Part shown: positions 62,811-64,000 of the stretch, one piece after another
Layout of the letters: each line of letters begins with the position of its first letter
How positions within the stretch are numbered: position 1 is the first letter of the stretch
Program-made: the position numbers and the translations under genes
The notes under the pieces: generated by a model
Told to the model about the DNA's origin: nothing
The model's input: the letters and a program-made list of their open reading frames with translations, nothing else
The model's database searches: none
Assembly: GCA_963749195.1 (NCBI GenBank)
Contig: CAVVLX010000007.1
Coordinates: 68,329 to 132,328, forward strand
DNA: 64,000 nucleotides
Direction: 5' to 3'
Source of the DNA: an uncultured Thermoplasmata archaeon
GTDB lineage: Archaea > Thermoplasmatota > Thermoplasmata > Lutacidiplasmatales > UBA184

Positions 62811-63593
62811 TCAGCGGCCCTTAAAGCTGGGCTTTCGCTTTTCGGCAAAGGCGGTCAATCCTTCTTTGGCATCCTCGGTGATGAACAGTCGGTTTTGCAA
62901 CTCGCGTTCCAACGCCAGCCCAGCCGTGAGCGGCATCTCGATCCCTTCGACCACGGCCCGCTTGATCAGGCTCACCGCTCGACTCGGCCCGTGGGCGAGC
63001 GCGCCCGCATAGGCCGCCACGTCCTGGCCGAAGGACTCCTTCGGAAAGACGTAGTTCACGAGGCCGATGGCCAACGCCTCGTCTGGAGTGAGCCGCTTCC
63101 CGGTGATCATCATGTCGAGCGCCCGCGCAGTCCCGATCAATCGCGGTAGTCGCTGAGTTCCGCCCGTCCCGGGCAAGACGCCTAAGGTAACTTCGGGAAG
63201 TCCGATCGATCCCGAATCGCGGGCCATCATGCGGAGGTCGCAGGCGAGAGCGATCTCCAGGCCCCCCCCGACGCAGTGACCGTTGATCGCCGCGATCACG
63301 ACCTTCGGGGTCTTGGCGAATTTGTCCAATGTCTCCTGACAGTGGAGGCAAAACATCGCCTTGAAGTCGGGCTGGCTCTGTCGGAGCATGTCGATGTCGG
63401 CTCCCGCGCTGAAGAAGCCGGGAACCCCACTGGTCAGGATCACGACGCGTACGTTGTCGTCGAAGCGGAGCTCCTCGACGGCCTCGTCCAGCTCGCGCAT
63501 CATCGCGATGTCGTAGGTATTGGCTTTCCCCTTCGAAATTTCGATTGTGCCAACGTGGTCGTCAACGTGAGTTCGAATGTACTTTCCTTGCAT
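62811..63593 (-). CDS. Enoyl-CoA hydratase/isomerase (crotonase) family protein
   Basis: VVILTSGVPGFFSAGADIDML (oxyanion hole 1) and INGHCVGGGLEIALACDLRM (oxyanion hole 2). Confidence 0.9.
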   Translation of the reverse strand: MQGKYIRTHVDDHVGTIEISKGKANTYDIAMMRELDEAVEELRFDDNVRVVILTSGVPGFFSAGADIDMLRQSQPDFKAMFCLHCQETLDKFAKTPKVVIAAINGHCVGGGLEIALACDLRMMARDSGSIGLPEVTLGVLPGTGGTQRLPRLIGTARALDMMITGKRLTPDEALAIGLVNYVFPKESFGQDVAAYAGALAHGPSRAVSLIKRAVVEGIEMPLTAGLALERELQNRLFITEDAKEGLTAFAEKRKPSFKGR

Positions 63594-63692
63594 CCGCGGA
63601 TCCTCTGAGGTTCGACGGCCGCGAGAAACCGAGGGATTGATAAGCCGAACGCCGTGGGCATGCCAAAGCCCGGCCCACGCGTACGCGGAAAA

Positions 63693-64000
63693 TCACCGAA
63701 GGCCGGAACGGGTGCGTTCCTCGACTCGTCCGTCCGGCTGACCGATCAGCACGGTGCTCGCCATCTGGGCAAAGATGCCGGTCTCCACCACCCCCGTCGT
63801 CTCCTTTAGCTGGCGCGCGAACGCGCGGGGATCCGCCATCGGCTCCCCGGGTCGAAGGTCGAGAATCTCATTTCCGTTGTCGGTTCGATACACCCCGGCT
63901 CCGTCGTCCCGGCGTCGCAGCGTCACTCGGTGCCCCATCGATTCCCAGGCGTGGAGTAGCACGGGACGAGCGAAAGGGACGACCTCGATCGGAATCGGCG
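63693..64000 (-). CDS. rpiA: Ribose-5-phosphate isomerase A (C-terminal part; gene runs off the window end)
   Basis: The minus-strand frame reads ...PIPIEVVPFARPVLLHAWESMGHRVTLRRRDDGAGVYRTDNGNEILDL...TGVVETGIF. The homology extends upstream of the track's internal start at 63962 to the window edge. Confidence 0.85.
   Translation of the reverse strand, partial: PIPIEVVPFARPVLLHAWESMGHRVTLRRRDDGAGVYRTDNGNEILDLRPGEPMADPRAFARQLKETTGVVETGIFAQMASTVLIGQPDGRVEERTRSGLR

Noticed and set aside
1-64000. Search for CRISPR arrays, transposases, integrases, toxin-antitoxin pairs or recognisable defence genes
   Set aside because: I found no spaced direct repeats in the intergenic regions. No ORF carries transposase (DDE), integrase (R-H-R-Y), Cas, restriction-enzyme or toxin motifs. 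The CPBP/Abi-family protease at 26012 is a general membrane-protease family and is not evidence for a defence system by itself.

Overview
GC-rich (about 60-65% by eye), densely packed archaeal chromosome segment with about 68 protein genes, one tRNA and one 5S rRNA. I found no transposase, integrase, CRISPR array or 16S/23S rRNA. Several markers point to Thermoplasmatota. The digeranylgeranyl-lipid reductase closely resembles the Thermoplasma enzyme as I remember it and has a small ferredoxin gene just upstream. There is a tricorn-factor-F3-like M1 aminopeptidase, a fused ETF beta-alpha, a split transketolase, a mevalonate-pathway decarboxylase homologue, a free-standing 5S rRNA, and RpoK, L40e, archease, Pcc1 and translin. 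Most of the window is housekeeping: IleRS, TrxB, dTMP kinase, MTAP, TrmI, serine biosynthesis and the non-oxidative pentose-phosphate genes. The most unusual part is the first ~13.8 kb. It holds two Rieske non-heme-iron oxygenases of the GbcA/CntA/choline-monooxygenase type, two PYROXD2-like FAD oxidoreductases, two saccharopine-dehydrogenase-like proteins, a class-III aminotransferase and a CoxG-like SRPBCC protein. These are interleaved with a family-5 solute-binding protein and Dpp-type permeases, and no classical Rieske reductase is visible. I read this as a candidate uncharacterised catabolic island for an imported amine or amino-acid-like compound. Other points: nfo (endonuclease IV) is split by a 1-nt frameshift. 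An L40e gene (50 aa) is missing from the ORF track. TATA-like A/T octamers lie 25-31 nt upstream of many start codons, which implies mostly leaderless mRNAs. A four-gene overlapping DUF4129/TM/DUF58/TM chain sits upstream of MoxR. There is also a bactofilin-like beta-helix protein and an SRPBCC-methyltransferase fusion. All calls come from reading translated motifs by eye. No searches were run, and several start codons are uncertain. Many long ORFs in the track are antisense or out-of-frame artefacts of the high GC content.
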